From Octopus sinensis (Eukaryota), in the NCBI RefSeq assembly GCF_006345805.1, contig NC_043007.1:76012001-76076000 (forward strand): 64,000 nucleotides of DNA, read 5' to 3'. This document shows positions 12,228-26,100 of the stretch, in pieces; position 1 is the stretch's first letter, and each line of letters opens with the position of its first letter. Both the position numbers and the translations under genes were made by a program. The notes under the pieces are model-generated. The model made no database searches and had not been told where the DNA came from. It was given only the letters and a program-made list of their open reading frames with translations.

Positions 12228-13340
12228 GTCGTGTGTGTGTGTTTGTGGGTGTGTGTGTTGTGGTTTGTGTGTGTCTGAGTTGTCCCTCCAAACATCGCTT
12301 AACAACCGATGCGGGTGTATTTACGTCCCCGTAAACTTATGGTTTCGGCAAAAAAGAGACCGATAGTAGTAAGTACTAGGCTTACAAGTATAAGTACTGG
12401 GGTCGATTTTGTTCGACTAAAGGCGGTTGTTCCAGCAGGCACAGCCAATGACTGAAACAAGTAAAGAGTAGTAATGGATACACCCCACCCCACCACCACT
12501 ATTATCACTATAGTTTCCAGTAACAATGTTCACTTCATTTTATTTCGGCTGTTTGTTTATATCTACTTTTATTGTTGTTGATGTACCACAACTTCGACAA
12601 GTAAATGCAATCTTTATTTCTCTCTCTCTCTCTCTCTCTCCCTCCCCATCTTTTTCTTCTCTCTCTCTCTCTTCTTCTCTCTCTCTCTCTTTTCTCTCTC
12701 TCTCTTAATGAAATTTCTCTCCTGTATCTCTCTTTATGCCTTTCTTTAACCTTACCACCAGAACATCACTCTCTGCTAAATATTGTATCCTAAACAATAT
12801 CTCTTTCTGTTTACCGTTCCCTCCCCCACCTTTCGTTAGGGCTGCTCTCCCAAAAAGGACCTATTTAGCGGGTACGCTTTCCGGGTTGCAGTTAATCCGT
12901 CCACAATTTCACCAGACAATGACACGGTTTAATGAGATTAGTTGTCAGTCTGAAACAGATAAATAATAATTTAACACAATATCAATTTCGGTTTAGTGTG
13001 TGAAAAATCGTCATTGCTATGGTAAGCCCCGGGGAGTAATATAATATGTTAGTAACATAGTAACTCTCGTGTATAATACACATTATGTAAGATATATGAA
13101 CACTTCATCGTAGTTGCACAGTTCAATGTAGAGTAGTGTGCACCAAAAACTTGAAATAAACGGCATTGCATAAATGAACTAAAAAAAAGAAATAACGAGA
13201 GAAAGGAAAGAACAAGTGAGACTGAAAGAAGCCTATCATATATATGTGTATATATATATATGTATTATATATATTATATTATATAATATATATATATATA
13301 TATATCTTTTACTCTTTTACTGTTTCAGTCATTTGACTGT
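11295..13340 (+). repeat. Segment Y (uninterrupted version), also at 21410-30470 and 30520-39600 with insertions
   Basis: Same order in each copy: AT-rich block, nested SINE D-in-A, CT tract, unique block, SINE A tail. Confidence 0.92.
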
Positions 13341-13658
13341 GGACATGCTGGAGCACCGCCTTTAGTCGAGCAAAATCGACCCCGGGACTTATTCTTTGTA
13401 AGCCCAGTACTATTCTATCGGTCTCTTTTGCCGAACCGCTAAGTGACAGGAACCGTAAACACACCAGCATCGGTTGTCAAGCAATGCTAGGGGGACAAAC
13501 ACAGACACACAAACATACACCACCATATATATATATACATACACATATACGACAGGCTTCTTTCAGTTTCTGTCTTACCAAATCCACTCACAAGACATTG
13601 GTCGGCCCGGGGCTATACAGAAGACACTTGCTCAAGATGCCACGCAGTGGGACTGAAG
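13305..13658 (-). mobile_element. SINE family A, chimeric between the 39385-39600 and 44813-45165 copies
   Basis: ctgtggacatg matches the 39.4-kb copy; ggggacaaac, aaacatacac and the downstream flank match the 44.9-kb copy. Confidence 0.75.
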
Positions 13659-14259
13659 ATATGCTTTTCATTATTAGATTATAACTATACGGTTTTTGTA
13701 AGTTATTAATTAGCCAACGAGATATAGTGATCGTTAAATAGTTAAGGTTTTTTAAGATAGGCTATACGCTTATAATTTGCTTTTTAATCTTTTAATTTTT
13801 AATATATTTCGTAAGTAATAATGGAATAATTAATTTATTTAGTTTTCATTATACATATATATATTTATTGATAGAGATAATTTTAGATCTTAATTTTTAT
13901 ATTTATTGATAATAATTTAGTTATTATTCTCAAATATTTTATAATTATTAGATTTGAACTTAAATTTAATAATATGAATAGTGATTTATTATTATTATTT
14001 TTTTTTGTTAATAATTTGGTAATTAGATATTGACTATAACTGAGATTAGGTTATTCGTGAGTTTGTTATGTTTTTTAAAGCCATATTATATCTTAATAGA
14101 TAAATACATTTTCTATCTATTTTTACCTTAAAAATTAATATTTAACATTATAATTGAATGTATGACATAATCCTAATCATTAAAGTCTCTAGGTGATAAT
14201 AGAGTTTTTTTATAAGAAAAAATTGTTTATTTTATTTATTTCTTAAAAAATATTGTTTA

Positions 14260-15142
14260 CGAGGGGCGTTCAAAAAGTAATGCCTTGACCCACATGCAGT
14301 TATTTGATCTAGCTGAAATGTGCATGTGCAATTACTTATATCTCTATAAATTAGGTTGCAATTACAGCTCTGAACTAATTGTGGTTTCTGATTTACAGGT
14401 GTTTGAACTGAGTCAAGTCTGAAATGGAGCCTGTTGAGTGTTGAGCAGTGATCCGGTTTTTGTATTTGAAAGGACGCACAACACGGGAGACTTTTGATGA
14501 AATGAAGAGTAACTTATGGTCATGATGCCCAATCATATGACCTTGTAAAACGCTGGCATCGTGAATTCAAACATGGTCGGAACTCTGTGGAAACAGCTCC
14601 CAGATCTGGTCGCCCCTTCTGCATTGATGAGGCATCTGGTCCGTCAAGTTGAGGCTGCCATTTTGGAAGATCGACGCATAACTATTCGCCAAATAGCCCA
14701 TGAGGTCAAGATTAGTACCGGGTCTGTGGAAACTATCATTCATTACCATTGCATATGCAAAAGGTGTCTGCCAGATGGATTCCCAGGTTGCTCACACCTT
14801 CCATAAGCAAGAACGCGTCGAGTGCTCGAGGATGAATTGGGAGATGTGCCAAGAGGATGAGTCAAAATTTTCAAAAGTCTGATTACACAGGATGAAACGT
14901 GGGTCCATCACTATAATCCAGAGACCAAAGCCCAGTCAATGCAGTGGAAGCACCGTGATTCCTCCTCCAAAGAAGGCAAGAGTGCAGCCTTCCGCTGGCA
15001 ATATCATGCTCACGGTCTTCTGGGATCAGGACGGAGTAGTGATGACAGATTTCCTGGCAAAAGGTACCACAATTACAGGAGCCTATTATGCTTCACTTTT
15101 GAGGAAATTAAGAGAAGCTATCAAAATCAAGAGGCGGGGCAA
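14260..15142 (+). mobile_element. Mariner (irritans-like), 3'-truncated, indel-rich duplicate of 42942-44210
   Basis: TA-cgaggggcgttcaaaaagtaatgcc TIR; WIPRLLT and MLTVFWDQDGVVMTDFL; stops at gaggcggggcaa. Confidence 0.9.
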
Positions 15143-15211
15143 TGTATCTCATATAATTATGAGATACATTAAAAAAATGAATACATAAATAAAAATACAC
15201 ACACACACACA

Positions 15212-15253
<42 letters not shown>

Positions 15254-16311
15254 TGAGTTAGAAAACTGAGAGATCTAATATATACAGATTAATTAATTAA
15301 TTAATTGGATCTTTTCAATTCTGAAGCCAGGACCACAGATCTTTCTACTTAACTAAATATTCTGAAACTTCTTATGCTGATAGAGTCTAGCAAAACAAGA
15401 CACAGCTTGGAACTAGTTTATTTGAGAAAAATCTATTTTATGACTTTAATCGTAGATTAAAACTGCGAATTTTAACCAATCAGATTGTTTGTTTTCATGT
15501 GTAAAACTTGACTGCATTCTATTAGTGTGACGTAGAAAGCGCTTTTGTGACGTACTAACGTTCGGAAAACTGTAAACAAACACAGAACGTAACGGCAGAC
15601 GAAATACGGCTACGCATTTCGCCCGGCGTGCTAACGTTTCTGCCAGCTCTTGCTTTTTTAATATTAATTTCTTGCCTTTTGCACAAATAATACAATAAGT
15701 GAAATGAAACGCATTAGCTTAGAAACGAAATCTTGTTAGAAGCCTCGTCACTGAGATGCCACTTCTTAATAGCAAACGAAAGCAAGTACTAACAGAATGG
15801 AAACATTTTCAATTTAATACATGTGGCTTATTAACTAGTTTTAATATTGTTATTAGAAGGTGGCTGACTATAGGATCCTGGAAACATGAGTACTTTAAAT
15901 AATTAGAAGGAGATTTCACGGAGACATGCGGCTTGTTTACATTTAAGATGTTTAATACGTCACCAAATTGGTGGTCGAGACGGAGTAAATAAAATAAAGC
16001 CGAATGACGGAATATCATTGGTTAAAATTCTAATTATTAAACAACGTTAAACTTAGAAGTTACAATTCCGTTTTCATTCTGGTTTACAATTAAGTTTACT
16101 TTTGACACATTCTACCAGTATACGAAGTTTCAAATTGTTTGGTTCAGTAGGAAAAATTTGAAAAAACTGGCTTCAGAATTGAAAAGATCCAATTAATTTA
16201 ATTAATAATTTTAATTTTGTTTGTGAAATGAAACAATTGTTGGTGAATATGTTGATTAATTAATAAATTAATATATATACATACGCAAAACACATATATA
16301 TTAGATCTATC

Positions 16312-16368
<57 letters not shown>

Positions 16369-17264
16369 ATACGTGTGTATGTGTTCGTGTGCGTGTATGT
16401 ATAATTTTCATTATGCATTGTCTCATATAAAAGTTCTAAAGATTGTTTTTAAAGACAAAAAAATGTAAGTAAAAAATTTTAAATGCAGATCAATTGCGAG
16501 CAATGCTGGTTTCAAATTTTGGCACAAAGCCAGCAATTCATGAGGTGACAGTAAATTGATTACATCAACCCCAGTGCTCAACTGGTACTTATTTTATTGA
16601 CTCTGAAAAGATGAAAAGCAATGTCATCTTCAGCAGAATTGAACTCAGGACATAAAGACAGATGAAATGCCATTAAGCATTTTATCTGGTGAACTAATAA
16701 TCTGCCAGCTGGTTAACTTAATGGTTAGTAATATTATCTGGTAATATAAGAACGTTTCCTGAAAAGGGGTTTCTAACTCTGAAATATCAAAATACCAGCT
16801 AATAGTACTAACTTTTAACATGTATTTTTAATTTAATAACTTGTATTTTTTGGTTTTTAAAAATAAATATTTAATACATTTATGCATACATACCTATCTG
16901 TCTATCTATCTATCTATCTATATATATATATATATATATTATATGTAGAAAAATACAAACTGGGACAAGAACGTAAAACATTTAGAAGACGATACGAAAA
17001 ACACGGACGGGACATTCGAAGCCTTCAATCTTCAGTCAAGAACCGGATCATCCTCGCAATTTCGACTGATTAATATATATATATGTACATATATATACAT
17101 ATATATATAAATATAAATATATATACATATATATGTAAATATATATAGATATATATAAATATATATACATATATATGTAAATATATATATATATATATAA
17201 ATATATATACATATATATAAATATATATACATATATATGTAAATATATATACATATATATGTAA

Positions 17265-17296
<32 letters not shown>

Positions 17297-17319
17297 TGTG
17301 TGTGTGTGTGTGTGTGTGT

Positions 17320-17355
<36 letters not shown>

Positions 17356-17467
17356 TATATATACATATATACATACACAAACATTTTCTAGATATTCAAC
17401 TTGCTAGAGAAGCCATAGGCCAATGGTTTTACACACACACCACACTCATATAAATATACATACACAC

Positions 17468-17529
<62 letters not shown>

Positions 17530-17536
<7 letters not shown>

Positions 17537-18455
17537 AAAATAAGTTGGCTAGCAGCAAGCTGTTTCGCCTCATACCGAAGGAGTTAGAAATGGCAGTCAA
17601 AGACCGTTTTTTCCATTTCTATAAGTGGAGATTCCAAAAACGAAGGCCCTTGCGGCTCACATACACAAAACCGGAGTGGCAAATATACGAATTCAGTCAC
17701 TTACCGTTAATAGCGAACACGGTGTTTCTGGATCACAAACAGGGGAGTTTGAATTCCGTCATCAGCGCTATACTCGTTAGCTTTATCAAATGCCACCAGC
17801 CCTCACTTCTGACCCAGCGACATCAGATAGTGGGGGGAAGTGCGCAGATGTTAAAACCAAGTAACGACTGGGAACGTAAATTTTCCCTCCAAAATTCTGC
17901 CATGCGCGCCTTCTGGGTAATCGTAATGGAATGAGGAATCCACATGGTAATACAATAAAAATGGTAAATAATTTTCCTGTGGTTTTTCATGTAACCAACA
18001 ATTATTTACCGGTAAATTTCGGTATGTAAATACGACAAAATAATTGTCAAGACCTTTGTAAGGTTCAGTATTTGATAAAGCTAACGAGTATAGCGCTGAT
18101 GACGGAATTCAAACTCCCCTGTTTGTGATCCAGAAACACCGTGTTCGCTATTAACGGTAAGTGACTGAATTCGTATATTTGCCACTCCCTTTTTGTGTAT
18201 GTGAGCCGCAAGGGCCTTCGTTTTTGGAATCTCCACTTATAGAAATGGAAAAAACGGTCTTTGACTGCCATTTCTAACTCCTTCGGTATGAGGCGAAACA
18301 GCTTGCTGCTAGCCAACTTATTTTTCTTTACTATATACTGAACCTTACAAAGGTCTTGACAATTATTTTGTCGTATTTACATACCGAAATTTACCGGTAA
18401 ATAATTGTTGGTTACATGAAAAACCACAGGAAAATTATTTACCATTTTTATTGTA
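17530..18455. other. Double-foldback segment A-B-C-A'-C' at the 5' end of a LINE insertion
   Basis: ~18071-18330 is the reverse complement of ~17530-17790; ~18337-18455 is the reverse complement of ~17950-18070. Confidence 0.9.
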
Positions 18456-21344
18456 TAAAAGATTTCACCATTGTTCGTGCGGATCGCACAGACCGAAATA
18501 AGGGAGGGACAGCCATCTTTATCCATGACTCCTTTTCACTTGATGCCAAGGACACATTTTCCAATGGCTACTGTGAATCGGTATCAGTATACAACAAAGC
18601 CAAGGACATAACCATTGTTGGTCTTTACAGGCCTCCACAGGCACCTCTAAAGTACTTTGAAGAGTGCCTTAGCAAAGTCAAGTCCTTCCTTCGGAAGTAC
18701 CACTCCGGAAACATAATAGTGATGGGTGATTTTAACCTCCCTCATGTGAACTGGCCCACAAATACTCCGAAGTTGGCAAGTGCTCTACATCAGATAGGGC
18801 AGCAGCAGAACTGCTCTTTAATCTGATGATGAGTATTTCCTGACTCAGCTAGTGCTTGAACCAACGAGACAGAATAAAACGATCTTGGATCTGGTACTGA
18901 CCAATCACTCTAGCTACGTTCACAGCATTTCAGTCGAAAAAACTCTCCTCTCAGACCACGACATGGTACTCTGCAATCTTAATTCCCGACGTATAAAAAC
19001 CAAACCAGCCAATCCCACTCCATGGCACCCATTTGACAACATAAATTTCCACAAGCGGACTGGGGAACAATCAGAAAGGATCTGTCTTCCATCGACTGGT
19101 CTTTTACTCTCAATTCCCCTCATATTGAGACCGCGTGGCAGCACTTTGAAACCATTGTCACCGACAACATGCTCTAAACACGCTTCCAAGAAATCTACTA
19201 ACACAAACAGAAACCGGCTCCCTAAAAAGAAAAAAACACTCATCAGGCGCATCAAAAGACTCAACAAAAAAATCAACCAATTAAAATATTCCCACACGCA
19301 ACATCCACATTCAACAATAATGAAAAGACTAGAGCTGGAAAAACTTCATCTGCAGACTAACATGAAAACCTCCATTGAAAATCAAAGAGCTGTGGAGGAA
19401 CAATGGGTAATCAAAACATCAAACAGAACCCAAAAGTGTTCTATTCTTATGCAAATAAGCATAGAACCACTGTCTCACCTATTGGGCCATTGATTGATGA
19501 AAACGGCATTCCCCAACACGATGCTAAAGAAATGGCAGAAATACTGCAGAAACAATATTGCTCTGTCTTCAGTGTTCCCACTGATATTATGTGAGGGAAA
19601 CGAACGAAGCTGACTCCCAACACAAAATCGCAGACATAACCTTCACTGCCACCGACATCGTAGCAGCAATAAATGAGGTCAAACATTACTCCGCTGTAGG
19701 CCCTGATAGATTTCCCGCCAGTCTCCTGAAGGAATGTAGATATCAACTTGCAGTCCCTCTGATCAACCTCTGGAGAAACTCGTTAGACGCAGGTTATATA
19801 CCGAAAAAGTTTCTATCCCAGTCGGTCATCCCGGTTTTCAAACAGGGAAACAGATCCCTCGCAGTCAACTATCGCCCAATCTCACTCACCTCCCACATCA
19901 TTAAAGTGTTTGAAAGAGTGTTAAGATCAAGGATAGCTGACTTCCTGGAGACCCACAAACTCCTAAATTCAAATCAACATGGCTTTCGCTGTGGCAGGGA
20001 CTGTCTAACACAGCTCTTACACCACATTGAAGATGTACTCAAAGCCTTGGGAACAGGTTCGAACTCTGACGTCATATACCTTGACTTCAGTAAAGCGTTC
20101 GACAGGGTAGACCATAACATCCTACTCTCAAAATTGGCAAATGTTGGAATCCGTGGAAAAGTTCTACACTGGATTCAGTATTTCCTAGAGAATAGAACAC
20201 AACATGTTGTAGTTGATGGAGTCCACTCAAACCCAGCAAAAGTCACCAGCGGTGTTCCCCAGGGAACTGTTTTGGGTCCGCTACTCTTCATAATTTATGT
20301 AAACGACCTTTCCAGTGTCGTACATCACTGCAAAGTGAAAATATTCGCTGATGACACTAAGCTCCAGCAAATCGTCAATGAAGAAGCAGACCGAACTCAA
20401 CTCCAGTCTGACCTATATGCTGTGAGTCAATGGGCAGACAGAAACAAAATGCAACTGAATGAGGGAAAATTTGAGCTGATGCATTTTGGAAGAAATTCCT
20501 CACTAAAGCAACCATACTCTCTTCCTTCAGGGGAACCGCTCACAGCCTCTAACAATATCAGAGACCTGGGTGTAATTGTTGATGACGATCTCAGTTGGAG
20601 CGCACACATCAATAAGAAGGTCGATACAGCTCGTAGGATGAGTTCCTGGATCTTAAGAACTTTCCGGTCCAGAGAACAAGGTGTCATCATACCACTTTTT
20701 TCATCCTTTGTACGGCCACACCTTGAATACTGCTGCCCACTGTGGTCTCCTCACACAAGACAAAACATCTCCAGAATTGAGTCACCCCAGAGGGCTCTCA
20801 CTAAACAAATTGAAGGCATGGCTGCTCTCGACTATTGGGATCGCCTTAAAGCCTTGAAACTTTACTCCCTCCAGCGTCGCCGTGAGCGGTACATCATTTG
20901 TACGATGTGGAAAATATACCGCCAACTTTGCCCAAACGACCTAAACATTAGCTTCAAGGTTCATCCGAGACTTGGACCACGGGCTATACGTCCCCTGCCA
21001 AATTCAAGATCACAACATACATGTACACTGCAACATAATTTCTTTTCCTCAACAGGCCCTGCCCTATTTAACATTGTCCCGAGGAGATCAAAGAGGAAAC
21101 GGATCCCATCAACTTCAAACAGAGTCTGGATAGATTCCTTCAAAGAATACCAGACAAGCCACCCATATTTGGATACAACTCACCCAACAAGAACTCACTA
21201 CTTGAACAAAACTGGATACAACTCACCCAACAAGAACTCACTACTTGAACAAAACTTGACTTAAACAGGATTCGAATAATCCTATCAGGTGGTGCTATTA
21301 AGTTAGACATGGCCTGGACCAATCTCTGGTCGAAACATATCTAA

Positions 21345-21345
<1 letters not shown>
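18456..21345 (+). mobile_element. CR1-group LINE ORF2 (APE + RT), 5'-truncated, several frameshifts
   Basis: RADRTDRNKGGTAIF, YRPP, GDFNLPHVNW, NYRPISLTSHIIKVFER, YLDFSKAFD, SGVPQGTVLGPLLF, FADDTKL; 557-aa ORF 19591-21264; ends in (TA)n. Confidence 0.93.
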
Positions 21346-21387
<42 letters not shown>

Positions 21388-22029
21388 ATATATATTATAT
21401 ATATATACATATCTCTTTGCTTAAAAAATAGTGTTATAAGAAGTATTGAAAACTCACAAATATTTTGATACAACTTTCACAAACTTCAGAAGTGGCGTAT
21501 AGGACGTGAATCAAATCAATGGACTGACCTGTCTAGAAAGAAGACGTTTTACCAGTTGATCTCAATAAAAAATTGGTTGTTTGTCACTCTTCACCGTTTT
21601 ATTTATACTAAAAATGGGAACCAATCTAGTTCTCAGTCTTTGTGATGCACTAACAATTAACTAAACAGTTACTGTTGAATTTTGTATCCAAAGAGTTTTA
21701 GAGTTTAAAAATTTAGATATAAATTATTATAAATTATAAAAAGTGTTTACTTTGTTATATTAATTAGAATGTTCATGAAAATCAAAGTTATGAACTGCAG
21801 GTAAAGTGTGAACAAACAAATAAATAACCAACAATAGTTTAATAATAAAAAAAATTCTTTTCACTATAAACAGTAGGCATAGGGTGGCTGTGTGGTAAGT
21901 AGTTGCTTACAAATTGGCGCGAACTTTCATCTGCGTTTTGAGAAATTTGCTGCCTTTGGTGAGAGAGTTCGATTTTTTGCTCATCGTTGTTGTGTGTTAA
22001 TTGTTAATTAATAATATATAATATAATTG

Positions 22030-23181
22030 TGTACAGTGCTCAGGTTGCACTACAACTCATCTAAAGTGTATATATAATCAGGTGAAGTTTCGGCGGATTT
22101 CGGAAAGCATGAGGGCCTTAAAAGATGCAGTGTCATGGCAGTCAACAACTGACGCAGGCAGTTTATTCCATGATTCAGCAACTCTGAGCGTGAAAAAATG
22201 TTTCCGAAAGTCATGGGAGTGTATTGTTTTCTGACTTTGTAGGCATGTCCACGTGTGTTAGACACATGGAGATCAAAAAGGTGTTCAGTGTTGTGTTGGT
22301 GAGGTGGTTGATAACTTTGTGGGTGTTTACCAAGTCCGTCGCCAAACGCCGGAGCTTCAGTGAATCCATGCCCAGGGAAACAAGGCGCTCAGAATATGGT
22401 AGGGGTCTGATGGAGGTATGCGTTTGGTTGCACGTCTCTGGACAGATTCCAGGAGGTCAAGTTCTGTTGGCAAGATAGGTTCCAAACTGATGATGCGAAT
22501 CCAAGTGTGGTCGTACCATAGCTGTATACAGTTTTAAATAGATGGGTGGAGAGCGGCTAACAAAAGACCTGCTGAGTGATGCCAAGACACCTCGGCCTTC
22601 CTGACAATCTTAGAGATATGCTTTGACCAACGCAGATCACTGCTGACAGTGATGCCTAGGTCACGCTCGCGCAGAGGATTTCTTGATATCCGTGTTGTGG
22701 AGGGAGTATGTGAGCAGGGTTTTTCTCCCAAAATGCATGGTGGTACACTGGTCCACAGCCAGTTCAGTTGCCAGTCTGTGATCCATTGCCTGCATTGTGT
22801 TAGGTCTGATTGCAGGAAGAGTTGTAGACATCAGGATCTGTCCTCTTGATTTCAAGGTACAGCTTGATGTCGCGTCTGCATATTTCAATACTGTGGCATT
22901 CTTTAAATTGGCATCTATGTCGTTAATGTATGCCACAAACAAGAGGGGGCAAGGACAGATCCCTGTGGTACACCCGATGACATCTCATGGGTGTAGAGTG
23001 CTGTCGAGACTGTGACTACCTCCTTTCGGCTGAGGATGAAGGATTTCAACCAGTTAAAAAGGTCATCCCCCACACCCATTGCAGAGAGTTTCACCATAAG
23101 CCTTTTGTGTGGCACAGAGTTGAAAGCCTTAGCAAAGTCAAGGTAGACAACATCCAACCATGAGCCACTGTCAGTGCCCGT
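22030..23181 (-). pseudogene. CR1-group RT 3' fragment (copy 1)
   Basis: YLDFAKAFNSV, SGVPQGSVL, VRPHLEF-type motifs; indel-rich duplicate of 31135-32300. Confidence 0.85.
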
Positions 23182-26100
23182 TGTGTAACGGTAATTTTCG
23201 CCCTACGGGGCAGAAAATTCTGTATTTAATATTGTTATTACCTTCGAAGGTAATGTTGAAAACATTTTTGAGAAATGGATTTCGACTTGGCGTCGAAGAA
23301 TGATTTTCCCGCGATGGGAACAAGTGAATTAAAGGATACTGAAGTAACAAAACAGTCTTTTTCGGCCCGCGGTGTAGGGGCGGAACCATGGATGACGTTG
23401 AATTCAAGATCGAACAACTGTTCGAATTTAGGAACTTGGTGAAAATGGAAGGAAACGAAATCAAACTTGTACCGCCGCAAGCGAAGGTACAAGAATAAAG
23501 GAAAAAAAAAAAACAGTTATATACAAAGTGTATAACTACAAAGAAAAAAAATTATGGACGTCAGAAACGAAATGGTCGAAAAGTGCTGTCCCCGGCGTGG
23601 GACAAAATTCGCCATGTCGTTCGAGGTGCTCGCAGCGCTACTGTTGAAGCACATTTTGACTCGGCTGAGGTAGCAAGAGAGGTGTCATCATTGACCCTGA
23701 AAAATGATGATATCATGCTGCTACCCTCGTATATGGGGAAAAGAACAGCTAAACTGCTGGTAGAGGACATACCGAGAGGGTATGATATAATGTGGGTAGA
23801 GCGGCGGTCCTGCACAATGCAGAGCGGGAAATTTCGATTCTGCAGATGAGAAGGAAAGAGGAGGTACGCTGGAAGGGACAGACGCTGGAACTCCTCGTTC
23901 AGGCAGAAAAAAGATATTGGAGAACCTGCCCGATAGGATATTAACGAAGATGGAACGTCCATGAGAGTGTCAGTGGAGGGGCGCAGACCTAGGTGTTTTA
24001 AATGTGGCGAGAAGGGTCACGTCCGCTCGAACTGCTTTAAAAAAAAGAAAACCAACGAAGCCCCTCCTCAAAGTGCTTCTAACACTGAAGGGGAGAAGGC
24101 GGAAAAAGAAAACAAGACGACGACAGCAAAGAAACAGAAAAGGAGGATTGTATCGAACAAATGGATTACACACAGGTGACACACAAAAGAAAAAAAGACA
24201 ACACCCTGGACTCCCCTCCCCAAACAAGGAAAAAATCAGCAAGCACCGCAGACATACACACAAAGCAAATTCCCCAGCCTACCCCCATGGCACTGTATTC
24301 ATTGGGAAACAGTTTGCCAAGCCCCTCCCCATAAAACAAGATGTAAAAAAGTCTTTAAAAAAAAATGATAAGATCATTGCTTTTGATGAAAAAAACGAAA
24401 GGGTATATAAATACTATAAATTTTAAAATTTAAATATTTAGCAAGGCTACAGACATAAAAGCTACCACTCGCTTCGCAAAAATAAAGGAAGACGAGTGGA
24501 AGGAGGAAATATACAAGAACATCTAAAGAATAGACTGATTAGAGATGTAACAAAAGAAGTACTGGGGGTAAACTTGTTATAACCCCGGCAACCACACCTA
24601 CCCAGAGCCCGGTGGCAACGCCGGTTAAGAGCCTGCGGCTACGACCACAAGGGAGGAAGAAGGGGAAGCGGCAGATTTAAACTGTCATGCTCCCTTTCTC
24701 AACCGTAAGTTCATTTATTTTTTCTCTCACCGACAATGGCTAAGCTGGGTTGTGTGAATGTATGTACGTGGAATGGGGACGAAATGGAAACAATTTGTTT
24801 CCTGAACGACCTCACGACACATGGAGTAGACATAGCTATTGCAACCGAGTCCAAGATGAACGAGGCCCAAGCGTTCTCGCCTCTTCTAAATGGGTTCGAG
24901 AAATTTATTTCTCCTAGCGAGGAAGAGGCAGAGGCGTGGCAGTCCTTATCAGGAAGAGCTTGGACTTGCAGGTAAGTACTGTCTTTCTGGACCCAGAAGG
25001 CAGGCTGGTTGTTCTGGTGTGTGACCCACGTAAGTAAACAGTCCTTCAGGTTGGTGGCTGTCTACGCTCCGAACGAGGGTAACAGACGGGTTTTTTTCGG
25101 AACCTGGAGCCCTTTTTAGCGACGTCGAAAACGGTAATCCTAGTAGGGGACTTTAACACTGTCTTGAAGCGCGGGTCGACAGTGTTGGCTCAACCAATAG
25201 GAAGGGGAACCCTAGCCTCAAGGGTCTACTAGAGAGCTTGATCTAGTGGACGTTACCGACTGGATGAGCCGAGCGTTCCACAGTGGACGTGGAGTAGTAA
25301 CAACGACGGCTCACACAGATCGTATTTAGATAGGATATTTATTAAGAAAAGAGATAAGGATACGTTTAGTTGTCCACAGTTTCACATTGTGCCTTACACG
25401 GATCACAAATTTGTGACGTGTAGGATGCAATTAGACAATGTGTCATAGACAGGGACCGGGTACTGGAAGCTGAACAAGGCTATTTTGAATTGTGAAGACT
25501 TCCGTACCCGGATTAAGGTGTTAGTACAGAGGGCATTGTGTGGCACCATCATTAACAATAGATGGTGGCACTCCTCAAAAGAGCCATTCGTTCAGAGTCC
25601 ATTAGATTTAGCAATCAGCTAAGGTTAGATAGGTCTAGGATAGAGGACGATTTAGTTAAGAATCTAAACGAGGCAATGGAAGCTGGCTCTGCACCCGAGT
25701 GATGGCGGCAAGGACGGTATTGTACCGTCACCTTAACTCCAAACACGAAGGTTGCAGAGTCAGAGCTAAGCTACGCGCTGGAAAACGAGAAGGTATTAAC
25801 GTTGCCGGATGGGCCCGTCGAGTGGAGAGTCAGAGAGGTAACAAAGCCTCAATCAAGTCTTTAACTGACGAACAGGGACACAAAGATCTATGGACAGGAG
25901 GAGATGCAAAAGTTTCTTCACCAGCATTTCCCGCGCGTGTTCGGGGGTGGTGCGGCGCCGGAGCGGGGGAGGACCTTAAAGGACTTCCTGGCCGGCGGAC
26001 CGCGGCTCTCGGGGCGTGAGGTGGAGTGCTGTGAAGAAGCGATCACTCCCGCGGAGATAGAGGGGATACTGGCCGGATTGCGGGGAGAATCGCCGGGGAG

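Larger units (their letters stand above)
13305..15142 (-). repeat. Inverted duplicate of ~43320-45165
   Basis: SINE, AT-rich block and mariner 5' part are the reverse complement of 43.3-45.2 kb; ORFs 13474/13484 mirror 44815/44787. Confidence 0.95.

Noticed and set aside
16985-17070. Hammerhead-like CTGAAGA...GAAG-G-CTTC-GAAT on the minus strand (also ~10760-10850)
   Set aside because: Stem II loop is too short and GAAA is absent; not supportable.
17545-17934. 129-aa ORF (and its 83-aa inverted twin) as a host gene
   Set aside because: No recognisable motif, weak start; it lies in the rearranged foldback segment.
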